Below are positions 21,933-33,497 of a stretch of 42,333 nt of DNA, in pieces (the first letter of the stretch is position 1; each line of letters opens with the position of its first letter). A model generated the notes under the pieces. That model saw nothing but the letters and a program-made list of their open reading frames with translations, made no database searches and was not told the origin of the DNA. The translations under genes and the position numbers were made by a program. This DNA is from Piedraia hortae CBS 480.64 (lineage: Eukaryota). The stretch covers positions 62,001 through 104,333 of the forward strand of contig MU006009.1 in NCBI GenBank assembly GCA_010093745.1, in the 5' to 3' direction.

Positions 21933-23783
21933 TCAAGAACTGCATGAACATTGCAGAGCGCGACAAGAAGGAGGCGGCTCGGAACAAAACCTGGTGACCT
22001 CATCTTCAGGAATACCCTCCCACGTCTCCTCGAACGGATTCAAAGTCATCTTCATCACTCTTGCGAGTAGATCATAATTTTTGTGCTTCTGCGCGCGATC
22101 AATGACTTCGTCCAAGATCCAGCCACGAGGAATAAAATGTGGATTTACGGCCAGCATGGCCTTACGACGATTATCGTCAGAGTTTGATGGCCAATCCCGC
22201 ACCACACGCTGTCCCCATGTCTCTAGCCACTTGCCCAGACGCTCTCGTGCCTCTTCTTCCGAGCCCGCCAGCTTGGAAGGGCCCTCTGGGGGGAAGAAGC
22301 GTCCTGCAACCTCGCGCTGCGCTTCTGGCGAGTCGATCTCATCTAAATTGATGTTGGAGAGTTTTCGGAAGGTGTGGTGAAAGTCAAGCTCAAAGGCTTC
22401 CATGATATCCAGGAGTTCTGAATAAAGTTTCTGGAAGTCACCCTCAACGCAATGCTTCAGGCCCAGACGTGCCGTCATTAATCGCTTGTATTCATCCATG
22501 AATACGTCTTTGTATTCTTGGCCTGTTTGCTCGATTATGTGCTCGGCCCTTGCGATTAGTTCTTGTTCACGCTCCTCTCGCACACCTTTTTCCGTGAACT
22601 CTGCGTCATCGCACCATGGACCTGCACCTATGAGCTCGCCAAGGGCCTCGCCAAATCGTAGCAGATTCCACCAGATGATGCTAGGTTGGTTCTTGTACGC
22701 ATACCGCAGCATAAAATCATCGTGGTTAGGAGTGTAGTTGGGATCAAAGGTATCCAGAAAGGCAAAAGGCCCAAAGTCAATAGACAAGCCAAAGATGGAT
22801 GTGTTATCAGTGTTCAGCACGCCATTGGTAAAACCGTACGCCTGCCACCATGCCACCATCTTGGCGTTGCGACGGGCCACCTCGCGATAGAGTCGGGCAT
22901 ACCGGTTTTGCGCCTCTTTGCCCTCGCCCTGGATGTCATCTCGTCCAGCTTTACCCACTAACTGATCCCAGCCGCCAAAAACATCTTCAGCTGTATAGTC
23001 GGCAAGTTTTCGGATAAGTTGTCGGTCACCCCTCGACCGTGGCAGGTCAAAAGTGCCGAGTCGCAGCCATGTTTGGGCAAAACGGGCAACTATTGCACCC
23101 GGTTCGATCCGCTCTCGGATTATTTTGGCTTCGGGCGCAATGACGAGACTCAGTGCACGAGTTGTGGGAACTCCGAGGGCGTTCAATGCCTCACTCACAA
23201 CAAACTCACGGATGCTGCTGCGAACAACTGCCCGACCATCAGCGAAACGGGAGTATGGGGTACGTCCAGCTCCTTTTAGCTGCAATTCGTATCGAACGCC
23301 GGTTTCAGGATTAGTTGTCTCAAACAGAGAGATGGCTCTTCCATCCCCAAGTTGTCCAGCCCACTGCCCGAACTGATAGCCGCCATAACATTGAGCCCAG
23401 GGGTAGATGTCATCATCTTCCGGGTGATCGTTGATTGTTATGATTTTTTGTCCAGACACAGTCTCTTTAAACTCGTCAGAATCGACACTTGCGGGGTCAA
23501 TGGCCAGATCCCGCAACGCTGCGCTGGACACTGCAGCTAACTGTATTGGTTCCTTAAACGGATCTGGGCGTACAAATGTGTACGCAGCGCCCCGAACCAT
23601 TCGTGGCCCGAGATTTGACCTTTCCGCCTCATGCGACGTTGATGGTGTGGGATATTGCGCATCTGGAGGCAGTTTCTTGGTGAAATTGTTGGTCTTGGGT
23701 AGCTGGAGCATGATGTATAGATTACGAGGCGACATGCTTAGCCACCGAGAGTTCCGTCTTAGTCGTGAGGTTTGTTGTAACAT
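21933..23783 (-). CDS. FMP40: SelO/YdiU-family protein adenylyltransferase (Fmp40-like)
   Basis: YGGYQFGQWAGQLGDGRA, ELQLKGAGRTPYSRFADGRAVVRSSIRE, GFTNGVLNTDN, IDFGPF and C-terminal CSCSS (Cys form, no Sec). Confidence 0.92.
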   Translation of the reverse strand: MLQQTSRLRRNSRWLSMSPRNLYIMLQLPKTNNFTKKLPPDAQYPTPSTSHEAERSNLGPRMVRGAAYTFVRPDPFKEPIQLAAVSSAALRDLAIDPASVDSDEFKETVSGQKIITINDHPEDDDIYPWAQCYGGYQFGQWAGQLGDGRAISLFETTNPETGVRYELQLKGAGRTPYSRFADGRAVVRSSIREFVVSEALNALGVPTTRALSLVIAPEAKIIRERIEPGAIVARFAQTWLRLGTFDLPRSRGDRQLIRKLADYTAEDVFGGWDQLVGKAGRDDIQGEGKEAQNRYARLYREVARRNAKMVAWWQAYGFTNGVLNTDNTSIFGLSIDFGPFAFLDTFDPNYTPNHDDFMLRYAYKNQPSIIWWNLLRFGEALGELIGAGPWCDDAEFTEKGVREEREQELIARAEHIIEQTGQEYKDVFMDEYKRLMTARLGLKHCVEGDFQKLYSELLDIMEAFELDFHHTFRKLSNINLDEIDSPEAQREVAGRFFPPEGPSKLAGSEEEARERLGKWLETWGQRVVRDWPSNSDDNRRKAMLAVNPHFIPRGWILDEVIDRAQKHKNYDLLARVMKMTLNPFEETWEGIPEDEVTRFCSEPPPSCRALQCSCSS

Positions 23784-24015
23784 GGACCGAGAAAGTGTGA
23801 CAAGAATCCACCAGATGTTTGGTTGACGTCATGATCGACATCCGACAGCTCAGGCTAACGGAGCTAGAATTCAACCGGATTAGCGCCATGCGCGACATTG
23901 AATTTAAAGAACGACACACGACTTTTTTCGTTGCGCACTAGGTTCCGTGCGCAGTTTGAGCCGCCTAAGTAACTGTACGTTAGTGAATCTGTTAGTAAAC
24001 TACACATAGATCACC

Positions 24016-25320
24016 ATGGCTCCACATCTTCCCGGCTTTTACTTTGACGAAGAGAAGCAAAAATACTTTCGAATCCAAGCCAACCATCAAGTGCCTCCTA
24101 ACGCAAAGTATTCGCGCTCTAATGTGCGATACGAACGTCATGAAGATGCAAAACGACAGAGAATCTATCGCACAGAAGCAAAACGTGCGAAGCAAAAAGT
24201 CCGACGAAGCAAATGGTTTTCTCCAAATACCTTGGACGGTGATTACCTATTGCGCGAAGCAGGCCAGCGTCCACCGGTCGCTGACCAAATTGGACGTGAA
24301 TCAGAAATCTTTAGTAAAACATATTGTGAACATTTAAAAACAGGATTCCACGGCACCAAATTGGGTGATGTGGTCCAGGGAGAAAGAGGGCTATTATACT
24401 GCATCAACGTAAAGGACTGGAGTATGCTTGGCTCGTATGTTCCAGAACCAACAGATCCGGTCCTTCCTCCAGACCGCATGTTGTCGTACCATCCCATTGC
24501 CTACACGCGGTCCGATTTCGTGGGCCTTCATCTTACCGCACAGAATCAGATGATAGCAGTTGCAAGAGGGGAATCTAATGAGAGCCATATATTCCTGGGC
24601 CAAGGAGATTTACACCACAACCACCAGAGTGTCTCCCACGTACGGCTGAGTCTCGGTAGCAATACGTATATGTGGGCATCGGATCTGAAACAAGATGACC
24701 TTGTAATTAGTGGATCCGAGAAACTTTATCTTTTTGACGTTCGGGAGGGCAGCTTGGTGCGTTGGACAAGCCTCGAAGATGAAAGCCGTGCGGTGAGTTG
24801 GTTGGACGAGCATACAGTTGCCTACGGGCACTTATTCAGCGGCGGTGTTTCTAGACACGGGGTCGGGCTGTGGGACGTGCGCTCTGAAAGCGCAACAGTG
24901 CAGCGGTTCAGAATGAAGCTTCCTGCAACAGGAATTTGCACTCCAACCAAGGGGGTGCCCCAGCTTCTCGTGGCTGACAACAAAACGGTCAGTCTTTACG
25001 ATACACGAATGCATGGCCAGCCACTCACAACATTTACACATCAACATCAAGGGCCATTAGCTCGTATGGATGTGTTAGATGACACTGTACTTGCTGCGCT
25101 TGACGAGCGTAATATTGTGTGTTTGTACAACCTACGCAATGGGAGAGCTCTTTGTGAGCTCTCTGTGGGGCCTCGCTTGCCGTTGATCACCAGCTTACAC
25201 TGGTTCGACAATGGCCAACTCCCGGAACTGCGCGCTTGTCATGAAATCGATCTGCATCGATGGACTTTTGGGCACTCGAGAAGGTCAGTACAGAACTCGT
25301 CCATATCTTTTGAAGAGTGA
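24016..25320 (+). CDS. WD40-repeat protein, DCAF4/WDR21-like
   Basis: N-terminal LPGFYFDEEKQKYFRI motif and WDxR-type motifs (LFDVR, LWDVR, LYDTR, LYNLR). Single exon, divergent from SelO. Confidence 0.65.
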   Translation: MAPHLPGFYFDEEKQKYFRIQANHQVPPNAKYSRSNVRYERHEDAKRQRIYRTEAKRAKQKVRRSKWFSPNTLDGDYLLREAGQRPPVADQIGRESEIFSKTYCEHLKTGFHGTKLGDVVQGERGLLYCINVKDWSMLGSYVPEPTDPVLPPDRMLSYHPIAYTRSDFVGLHLTAQNQMIAVARGESNESHIFLGQGDLHHNHQSVSHVRLSLGSNTYMWASDLKQDDLVISGSEKLYLFDVREGSLVRWTSLEDESRAVSWLDEHTVAYGHLFSGGVSRHGVGLWDVRSESATVQRFRMKLPATGICTPTKGVPQLLVADNKTVSLYDTRMHGQPLTTFTHQHQGPLARMDVLDDTVLAALDERNIVCLYNLRNGRALCELSVGPRLPLITSLHWFDNGQLPELRACHEIDLHRWTFGHSRRSVQNSSISFEE

Positions 25321-27575
25321 GTGGTCGGACAGTAGTGATAGAGAGTCCTGAAGTATTGAATCACACGAAACCCTAAGTAAATTCTTATGAATTAGTGGCA
25401 TCAATTCACTGCATCAAGTACGTATAGGGCCAGAATACATCTATAAGTGTATTCTAAATGGAAGGCCTGGCGTGCTGTCCAATATGGTTCAAAAGATAAT
25501 TGTGAAATCGCCTAGTCAGTTTTGCTCTCGCTTTTAGCCTACAAGTCGGCAGCTTCTCTTTCCATGCAAAACCTCTTATAGAATAACCCAACAGCGGTGG
25601 CAACTTGACCACAAGTTCCCCATAGCAGAGCACCCGTGCATCTACCTCCTCACCAAACCCTCACCCGAATTCCTAGACCGTTCATGCTCCTCTTGCGACC
25701 CACGCTGCAACAAAATCCGACAGCAATACCCTCTCCAAAACACAAACAGCACACCCCAGGCCCCTTCCTACCCATTATAACAACAATCGTACGCCCATAC
25801 CACCTCAATAATTAACCCAACCTCATCGCACGGCCATCCCCGACCTATCTCGACATAATTCAACTCAACCAAACACACCATCTCCCATACCAGGAAAGCT
25901 TCAAATCAAGCCTCAAACCCGCATATCAAAACATCTGACGATTAAACATCTTCGTCAATCCCAATGAGCCAACCATGAATATCCACTATTCCAAGTCAAT
26001 AGACCGACGGTAAAAACTCCAGGATGTCTAAGTAAACAATGTGTTTTCAAGAACACCCGCAGCTGATGCACGAGCATTGATTTCGTCACTCCACATTACG
26101 ACCATCGAAGCAGGAACTGCGAGTGTACCTAAAAGAAATAATCCACAGTGCTTGAAATTTGGATCTAGAACTGGATTCCATTCAACCAAAGCGCTCAAAA
26201 ATGCCTGTGTTCCTGCTGAATATTAGTCATGTGCACAATGAATAGTGCACCCTCGCTGTCATGCGGAAGCAAGCTGGTTTACCCATAAAGTTACCTTCCC
26301 ACAGGTATACACCCTGCGCTCAACACAACAAGTGAATTCTGAACGACAGTGCACCAGATCAAGGACCCCGACTGTGAATCTACTGATACTTCAATCCCCA
26401 AAGGTAGATACCCATCTCCATGGAAGACGCCTACATTGACGATGTGCATGGTCTGGTCTATGAAGATATCAAATTTCACTGGTGTGCAAACGCATGGGCA
26501 CCGTATCCTATAGTAGATTATTTATAGGAAAACTCTGCTTCGCAGTTGGAGATTAACCACGTTCAAGTAACAAAGTTATTGCTCGTCAGCATCATAGCTA
26601 TCCATGAGTCAAAGATCAGAGTCCAGGGTTGTGAACCATCTGAACGGATACCGCAAAACTCTAGTCCGACAATCCTCGAGTCAACAATGCAAAACGTCCC
26701 AGTCGGACAATTTTCTTCACAAAGTACTCTTATTAATTCAGATAGAGGTTGTTGATTGTGTCTACAACTACGAAATGTATTTGCACCCCGTCATGCACCA
26801 GCCCGATCGACTTGAGACGTCATCCAACGCCTTCCATCCCAGAGTTCCCAGCCTGTGGCGTTAAAATTCCTTCACGCCACTCTCAACTGTGCTTGGCTTT
26901 ACAATCTCAGCACCACACGACACGCTGGCCACTAGCCCATTGCTTCAAATGCGGCATTTTTTATGATTTCCCGGGAGACCCGCCCATCTGAAAAACTGTC
27001 GCAGAATGGTGCACATGTGTATCTAGCTATCTGGAATTTCGGCGGGTAGCATGTGTAAAATTGCAAGGTACGAGTGATTCTCAGACGCGCCATCAAGGCG
27101 GTCTGGAACAGGCGTTTTGCCATTCCACTGTCGTAATGAATGCAGTTAATTTTCACCGTCAAACGCTCAGAGACCAGGTCTTGTTGCGCGAAGGGATAGA
27201 CCGGGTGCGAGCTGTGTGAAAGGTGTTGTTCCAGCATTGCCGACGCCGACTCTAAAGTCTGTGTTTCAAAACGCCGTGAACCTTGCATCTTTATAAACCT
27301 AGTAACACGAGAGGAGTATATTCAGTCTGATTGCGTCGCAAGGCTCAAAAACGACCAGAGAAAAACAAGAAGAATCCATCGCGAGCGCGGCATACTCGAG
27401 TTTCCTGTCACGTGGTATTCGGGCTTACCGCTGCTCTCGTCCCATAGAAATGGTTGAGAGGAGTGGTTTAAAGCTTCGGAGAATTTGGAGAGCGGTTGAG
27501 GGGACCCAGATCAAGTAGAAAGACCAAGTTAATCACACGCTGGACACTTGCCGTTCGCGTGGGTGAAGCAGGAGA

Positions 27576-27653
27576 GCCGGAAATGGCAGTGAAGTCGAAG
27601 GGCGTGACGGCATAAACGAAGTCTTCTAGGGAACGGTTCTCAACACGGTTCCA
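27576..27653 (-). pseudogene. Isolated fragment of delta-1-pyrroline-5-carboxylate dehydrogenase (PUT2/prnC-like)
   Basis: WNRVENRSLEDFVYAVTPFDFTAISG versus the conserved P5CDH segment WNRVEYRPLEGFVYAxxPFNFTAIxG. The flanks show no recognisable similarity. Confidence 0.7.
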
Positions 27654-28364
27654 TTGCAAGATAGGGTGAAGAAGATCATGGTAATAAAGTCGAGCCTGGA
27701 TATAGCGGATCGATTTGGCACAAGAACTTTGTCAAGAAAGAGGTGATGGGAGAATGTAGATATTGAATTTTAAGTTTCTTCCAGTTTGAGCATTTTATTG
27801 CAAGGCAAAATTTTGACCATGATTTCTCACAGGCCAAATCGTAACCATTACGCACGTAGGGGCTATCTGTGGTTCCGCCTCCACCTTCTCCCCACCGTGG
27901 GTGGGAAAGGCCTCAATAAGGAAAAGGGGCAGGTGCTGACGCAAATGGAGTGACGAAAGTGCGAGGGGATATTCCGTGATGCCAAGAAATTCGAACTGGA
28001 ATCTTCCGCGTGGGCCATCGAATCGCACAGTCACGGAAGGCCTGTGCCGACCATCAGATTGCCAAGCAATGGACTCTTATTCAATTGGATTATGATCTGA
28101 TAGGAAACTGATGGCTGGCTTTCACTGAGTTCGCACGGAGAAAGCCCTGTCTCTCCTATAACTGGCTTAATCTGTAGCAACAAATGAATGTCTTTGTTCA
28201 AAGGTCTTACCATGCAAATAGAACCGACTGAGTATCATTTTCACTACAATGGTGCTGCCACGTCCACTCCCACCACAGCCAATACCACAGGGACAAGTAA
28301 AAACGTGAATCATTCCTAACGTAACTCGATGAACATGTACAACGACTCAGAACCTCGTTTCTGT

Positions 28365-29909
28365 TCACGAAAGAATCTTCTCGAGCTTCTCCATGAATAT
28401 ATCCGCATGCCTCTTCTGGAAGATGAGCATGGGTCTCATTCTGACGGCACGCTCGCCGCTTCCACCGAGATTGACACCCAGCGCCTTAGCCTGGCGAAGG
28501 ACATTATCCCTACCGGCCGCATCGGCGGAGTCCCATGCGATAAAAGTTCCCTGGCCCTGGCCGCGCAAGTTTTGGATTTGTTTAGGAAAGCGCTTGGCTA
28601 GGGATGCAAGGTTGGAATAGAGGTAGTCGCCGACATCACGCGTATTAGAGACGAGTTCCAAGCGGTCAATTTCCTGGACAATGGCGCGGAAGAGGAGGGC
28701 CCTTACCGGGTCTCCCATCCAAGTGTTGAATTGGCGATAGGGCTTATTGGGGCGTAAGGATGGGTTGCCGTAATAGTAGCCTGCAGCTTGGGCTTTTTTG
28801 CTAAACGTTACCATGTCCGGAGGATGCGATAGGTCCCAGTGTTCGTGCGCCCAGAACTTGCCGGTTGCGCCTACGCCTGTCTGGACTTCGTCTACGATTA
28901 GGAGCACATTATGCTTGCGGGTGAGCTCGCGAAGGCCACGGAAAAAGGCAGGTGAGGCGTGGTTGTCTCCTCCTTCGGACTGGATAGGCTCCACAACAAC
29001 GGCAGCGGGCGGGTGGTGGTAAGTTGTGATGAGCTCTTCCACCTGGGCCAGGCATCGGGCCTCCTCTCGCGCATTCTCGTCCGCATGGTGCTCAAGCGGG
29101 TATTTGAGATGAGGGAATTCTGCTTGCGGCCAGTCAAAGGCTGGAATGTCGAGCTTGTGGATTGGCTTAGAGCGTGTCGTTGACAAGCTGCCGAAAAGGC
29201 GACCGTGGAAGGCAGTTTTGAATGATAAAATGGACAGGTCAGGGGAACCTGGAGCGCTGTTATCCATAGAACTGGCTATTTCTTTGTCGCTAAAAGGCGC
29301 TTCGTAGTCTCCACGCTGCTGCTGACGCTTCCAGATGAAAGCTGCCTTGTACGCCAGCTCGTTTGCATCACTTCCAGCCAATGCTGTGAAAACCTGATTG
29401 AGTCCCGGCGGAGCCTTGGTCAGCAAACCAGTCTTCAGCACATTGGCCCATTCATGGCCAGGAAAGTTGCCCAGGGCAGGACGATTGATGATAGCGCTCG
29501 CCATCTCATGACTCGATGCTGCAGCAAGAAGATTGGGATTATTGTATCCAACCGGGATAGACGCAATCTGCGCGTAGACATCAAGAAGAACATTTCCATC
29601 AGGATCAGTGATATAATTTCCAAAAGACTTGGTGTAGTCAGCCATCATGTTCAAGCTACGCGTGTCAAAAACTTCGGTGAGCTCTGCGATAGCTTTCTTG
29701 GCCTTTGGTCCAGGAATGGCTGTGTGAATCATCGGCTCCGCAGGCTCATTGGGAAAGAATGGCTGCTCAACGGCCTCGTGGGTAGCTGTGGCAGTTGCCG
29801 AGCTGACATTTCGCGAGTTTAATACAGAGGCATAGCTACGGGTAGGCAGAACGGCAGAGCGTCGGAGTACTCGAGCAGGGCAAGTAGCACTGCGGATGGA
29901 AAACGCCAT
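28365..29909 (-). CDS. gatA: 4-aminobutyrate (GABA) aminotransferase
   Basis: Presequence-like N-terminus and motifs DVYAQIASIPVGYN, FHGRLFGSLSTTRSKPIHKLD, EPIQSEGGD, VDEVQTG, VTFSKKAQ and FNTWMGDP. Confidence 0.95.
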   Translation of the reverse strand: MAFSIRSATCPARVLRRSAVLPTRSYASVLNSRNVSSATATATHEAVEQPFFPNEPAEPMIHTAIPGPKAKKAIAELTEVFDTRSLNMMADYTKSFGNYITDPDGNVLLDVYAQIASIPVGYNNPNLLAAASSHEMASAIINRPALGNFPGHEWANVLKTGLLTKAPPGLNQVFTALAGSDANELAYKAAFIWKRQQQRGDYEAPFSDKEIASSMDNSAPGSPDLSILSFKTAFHGRLFGSLSTTRSKPIHKLDIPAFDWPQAEFPHLKYPLEHHADENAREEARCLAQVEELITTYHHPPAAVVVEPIQSEGGDNHASPAFFRGLRELTRKHNVLLIVDEVQTGVGATGKFWAHEHWDLSHPPDMVTFSKKAQAAGYYYGNPSLRPNKPYRQFNTWMGDPVRALLFRAIVQEIDRLELVSNTRDVGDYLYSNLASLAKRFPKQIQNLRGQGQGTFIAWDSADAAGRDNVLRQAKALGVNLGGSGERAVRMRPMLIFQKRHADIFMEKLEKILS

Positions 29910-30456
29910 AACGGTTCGTGGTGCTGACGTTGAAAGGTGACCCCGCCCCGCTGCGGGGACTATAGCCGGAGTAAATCCGAGGCATGTCCCAGCCGCTCCT
30001 AACCGGGATGCTGCTTTTAATGAAGGGTATGATTACACAAGTCATGATTGTGACGAGAGCTGAATTTGTTTCCACAAGAGAAAACCAATACGGCGGTAAA
30101 GTTTTCTTGGCCGTCCACGTCGGGTCGGGCCGTCTGAAAACAGCACAGCCTGAAATCATTACCTGCACCACCTATATACTTACTTTTGTATTCGAAAACG
30201 GTCCGAGGCGCACCATGTGTAGGTTCGAGGCTCGGCATGTCCAATAGCGCACCGCCTGAGACCATTACCCCAATGGACGAGTGACATGTGTGCAAGACCT
30301 GCTATCGTGATGACCGTAAAATGCTCATGGTACACATGCGTACGAAACATCCAGCTGCGTATGGTGAAACGTCTCTGCTCGAAATTTTCTTCGTCGACTT
30401 GAGTACATTCATCATTGGTCTGTGACTCGCTGGAGCCGTCTAATCTTAACATACAC

Positions 30457-33252
30457 CTAATACCCTTCAATCGCTCCTCCTTCACCGGGATCAGGGCCCT
30501 CTGGGGCTTGTTCACCTTCCATCATTGCCTCCGCCTCTTTGGCCATATCCAGCTTGGCAAGTTCTCTAGCGAAGAAATCCATTTCTCTTTCCCAGAGTGC
30601 CTTGACACCTTCTCCATCTTCAACACCCATGGCCACAGGATAGTTTCTTAGATTCCACCAGTGCGTCAGGGAGCGCATACTCTGCTCCAAGAGCAAAGCA
30701 TCCTCAACGGTGCCATCAACATCGCCGAGACCTGAGCCCCCCATTCCACCACCACCACCAGAAAGCCAGTCATCACGCAAGCTTGTAGGCACATTGTTCC
30801 AGATTTCTGTGATGATTTTCATGTGATTTGACCTCCATTTGCGTCCGCAAAAGGGGACTTGCGTCTTGTAAACTTTTAGCGTGTAGTAGCGGAGCATGGG
30901 GATCGGTACGCGAAGTGCCCTGCGAAGGTGCAATGAACTACGATAGGTGACAAGCATCAAAGCGCGGTGGGCCTTATTTCGCGTGACTTTTTGAAGGATG
31001 CGGAGGTAGTTGATACTGCTGAACGCATTGCGCCAACTGTAGGAACGTATGGGTTCTGAAGGCAATGCAGTTGCAAGGTACCCCAATTCGTCAATCTCTG
31101 GCGGGTGAGTTGGGTCGTAAGGCGGTGGTTGCGATTCATCGTGGCCGTTGTCAGCGGCTGGCATGCTGTCCTCGGGCTCTTTCATGATAGGTGGAGGTAC
31201 TGCATCTCCCTCATCTGTTGACGGGAAGGATTGACTCTTCCCTTCTATAGATGCAAATGATGACTGCGGCAGTGCTTGTCGTGAGTTTAGTCTGCAGATG
31301 TGGAAAAACTGCCATTCCTGTTTATCGAGCTTTACATGGATAGCACGACTGACGTCGGGCGTTTGCAGCACCTTCAACGCTAGTGGTACGTAGTTGCTAT
31401 CCAGGAGCAGCTGACAGAGATGTTCGAACTGCAGGACGTGACTCAACTTGAACCACTTAATCAAAAGGAACAGGCTTCCGCTAAGAGCTTTGCTAGAAAT
31501 CTCCTGTCTTCGGAGATGCTCTATGTTCTCTTCCGCGGTTTCAAACGTTGTGTGCTCGCTGGGACCGTTTTCCATGCTTTGCACGGGGTCATTTAAGCCA
31601 GTAGGCTCGCTCATAGAAAGCCCGGCTTGGTTCCCGCTGTTAGCCGAATCGTCCGTAACACTGTGCAAAACTGCCCTCAACCAGACAATTACTAGGCTCT
31701 GCAGGTAGGGCAAAGAATGACGATAAAAATCGTCAAACGTCTTGAGCTTTTGAATGCTCTCTTCGCCCTTCCAGCTAGGCTCGGAATCAGTGACCCAGCC
31801 TCTTTCAAACTGCATAAACTCCTCTCTCGCCGTCCACAACTGCTTCAACGACCGAGTTGCTCTACTCCTGGAAGAGAAGAGCTCTGCTGCTTCCTGGATG
31901 CTCTTGGGCACTACACCGCCTGACCACTTTCCACGGACCAGCTCGTCCTGCAGCAAGGTACTGCCCCTGCCTCCTAACTTGTTGCTGTCCTCATCCAGCG
32001 GCGGAAACAAGAACGGTAACATTTGATTAGTTTGATAGTTTTGTTTTTTCCCTGCCTTGCCTGGTCCGGCGGGTGACGGAGGGGGCGATGGCGCTGGGGT
32101 GGCGATATGTACCGGTTCATGCATAATGCTGTGAGTATTGGGAAGAGCCGTGGTGCTTACTGGAGGAGGAGGTTGACGGTGAGTCAGGGGAGGCAATATG
32201 CTGTTATTTTCTGGCTCTAGCGGAAATATGGGCTTGGGCGGATCGTAGGCAGGATACTTGGAAATAATTTCCTGGCGAAACTGATGATAGTCCAGGGGTG
32301 ATGCGGTAATAAGCTTGCCTTTGACACCATCAAAACCATCAGCCTTGCGGAGAGTGCTTCTGACTTGCTCAGTCTCTTCAATGCCCCCAAGAGTCAGCAA
32401 GATAGCCTTCCATGCTAGCAAGAACATCTTTTTCTGTGACACTTCGATGTAATCGTCCCACCGGATCCGGCTGACCAACTCGGTAAAGTAGTAGATAGGC
32501 TTGGGCTGTAGCTCAAGGACGGCTTGCTTCAACGCTCCACCCCTTGTCCCCTCCGTCGTTCGAGCGACTTCGAAAAAGAGATACATCAAGTTCATTAGGC
32601 ACCAGAGCTGTATGCTGTCAAGCTCTTTTTGTCCCTCTGGTGGCTGAATCGAGCTGGCCTCAAAGTTGACAAATACTTTTTGCAACTTCTCGTAGATGAC
32701 ATTCAGGCCATCACAGGCATGTATGGCGTGAACCATTGCAACTATCCATTGAAGTTGCAGGGCAGAGTCCCAGTACTGATCTAATCCCGCCCCTGGTTTG
32801 TTGCCCTGTGTAAACATGTCTTCAAGAGCACATCCCTCTGCTCTGCCCGCTGTTTCGTCCCAAACCCCGAGCGCAATGTAATTCAGCACCATCAGAGGGT
32901 CCTTTTCCAGCGAATTTAGTTGTTCCTTAATGAAAGTACGGCGTTCGTCTTCAGTGGCCTCTAACCAGTCGGAATTGGAACTACGCCATTTCTTATCAAA
33001 AGCCTCCATACAGCATTGGAGAGAGGCTTCTTCACTCTTGGTGCTTTCAAACCATTCGTCCAATTCAACTGGGAGGGATTGGGCATCGGAATACTCAAAA
33101 TCATAGACTTTCTCGTCATCCGCCAGCTTGTGTCTATAGACAAAAGGCTGGCTGGTGGGAAAAGCATTCCGGATTTGCTTGAGGTCGGCTAACGTCAGAC
33201 TGTCGGGTGCTTCGGGCTGCACATCCGACGCAGAATTGTCAATTTCGTCCAT
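30457..33252 (-). CDS. FAR11: STRIPAK subunit Far11/HAM-2/PRO22 (STRIP family)
   Basis: LITASPLDYHQFRQEIISKYPAY, IATPAPSPPPSP, KKQNYQTNQ, LLIKWFKLSHVLQFE, YLRILQKVT, PFCGRKWR. First ATG at 33252. Confidence 0.9.
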   Translation of the reverse strand: MDEIDNSASDVQPEAPDSLTLADLKQIRNAFPTSQPFVYRHKLADDEKVYDFEYSDAQSLPVELDEWFESTKSEEASLQCCMEAFDKKWRSSNSDWLEATEDERRTFIKEQLNSLEKDPLMVLNYIALGVWDETAGRAEGCALEDMFTQGNKPGAGLDQYWDSALQLQWIVAMVHAIHACDGLNVIYEKLQKVFVNFEASSIQPPEGQKELDSIQLWCLMNLMYLFFEVARTTEGTRGGALKQAVLELQPKPIYYFTELVSRIRWDDYIEVSQKKMFLLAWKAILLTLGGIEETEQVRSTLRKADGFDGVKGKLITASPLDYHQFRQEIISKYPAYDPPKPIFPLEPENNSILPPLTHRQPPPPVSTTALPNTHSIMHEPVHIATPAPSPPPSPAGPGKAGKKQNYQTNQMLPFLFPPLDEDSNKLGGRGSTLLQDELVRGKWSGGVVPKSIQEAAELFSSRSRATRSLKQLWTAREEFMQFERGWVTDSEPSWKGEESIQKLKTFDDFYRHSLPYLQSLVIVWLRAVLHSVTDDSANSGNQAGLSMSEPTGLNDPVQSMENGPSEHTTFETAEENIEHLRRQEISSKALSGSLFLLIKWFKLSHVLQFEHLCQLLLDSNYVPLALKVLQTPDVSRAIHVKLDKQEWQFFHICRLNSRQALPQSSFASIEGKSQSFPSTDEGDAVPPPIMKEPEDSMPAADNGHDESQPPPYDPTHPPEIDELGYLATALPSEPIRSYSWRNAFSSINYLRILQKVTRNKAHRALMLVTYRSSLHLRRALRVPIPMLRYYTLKVYKTQVPFCGRKWRSNHMKIITEIWNNVPTSLRDDWLSGGGGGMGGSGLGDVDGTVEDALLLEQSMRSLTHWWNLRNYPVAMGVEDGEGVKALWEREMDFFARELAKLDMAKEAEAMMEGEQAPEGPDPGEGGAIEGY

Positions 33253-33497
33253 GTCTTCCGCTACTTTATGAAACAATGATGGCAGAACAGGCTCGAGCTA
33301 GCTATTACGCTAGTACCGATGTTCGTTCGCCTTCTCACGACAACTCTGGTGCACCACGTTGATTAGTCACCGTAATAGACGTAAGTTATGACGACTTCCA
33401 TCATCCTTTTTCCCTCTTGAGTCGAACATCACAGGTTTACGGGTTTATGTCACGAGCAATTACGTACTAGACGAACATCTGCCAGAGATGCCAGCAA

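Noticed and set aside
21933..21950. Selenocysteine recoding in SelO
   Set aside because: The C-terminus is CSCSS followed by TGA as a normal stop; Cys occupies the redox position, as is usual for fungal homologs.
30195..30245. GGTTCGAG motif suggesting a tRNA T-loop
   Set aside because: The flanks (GTAGG / CTCGG) do not form a T-stem and no cloverleaf can be built.
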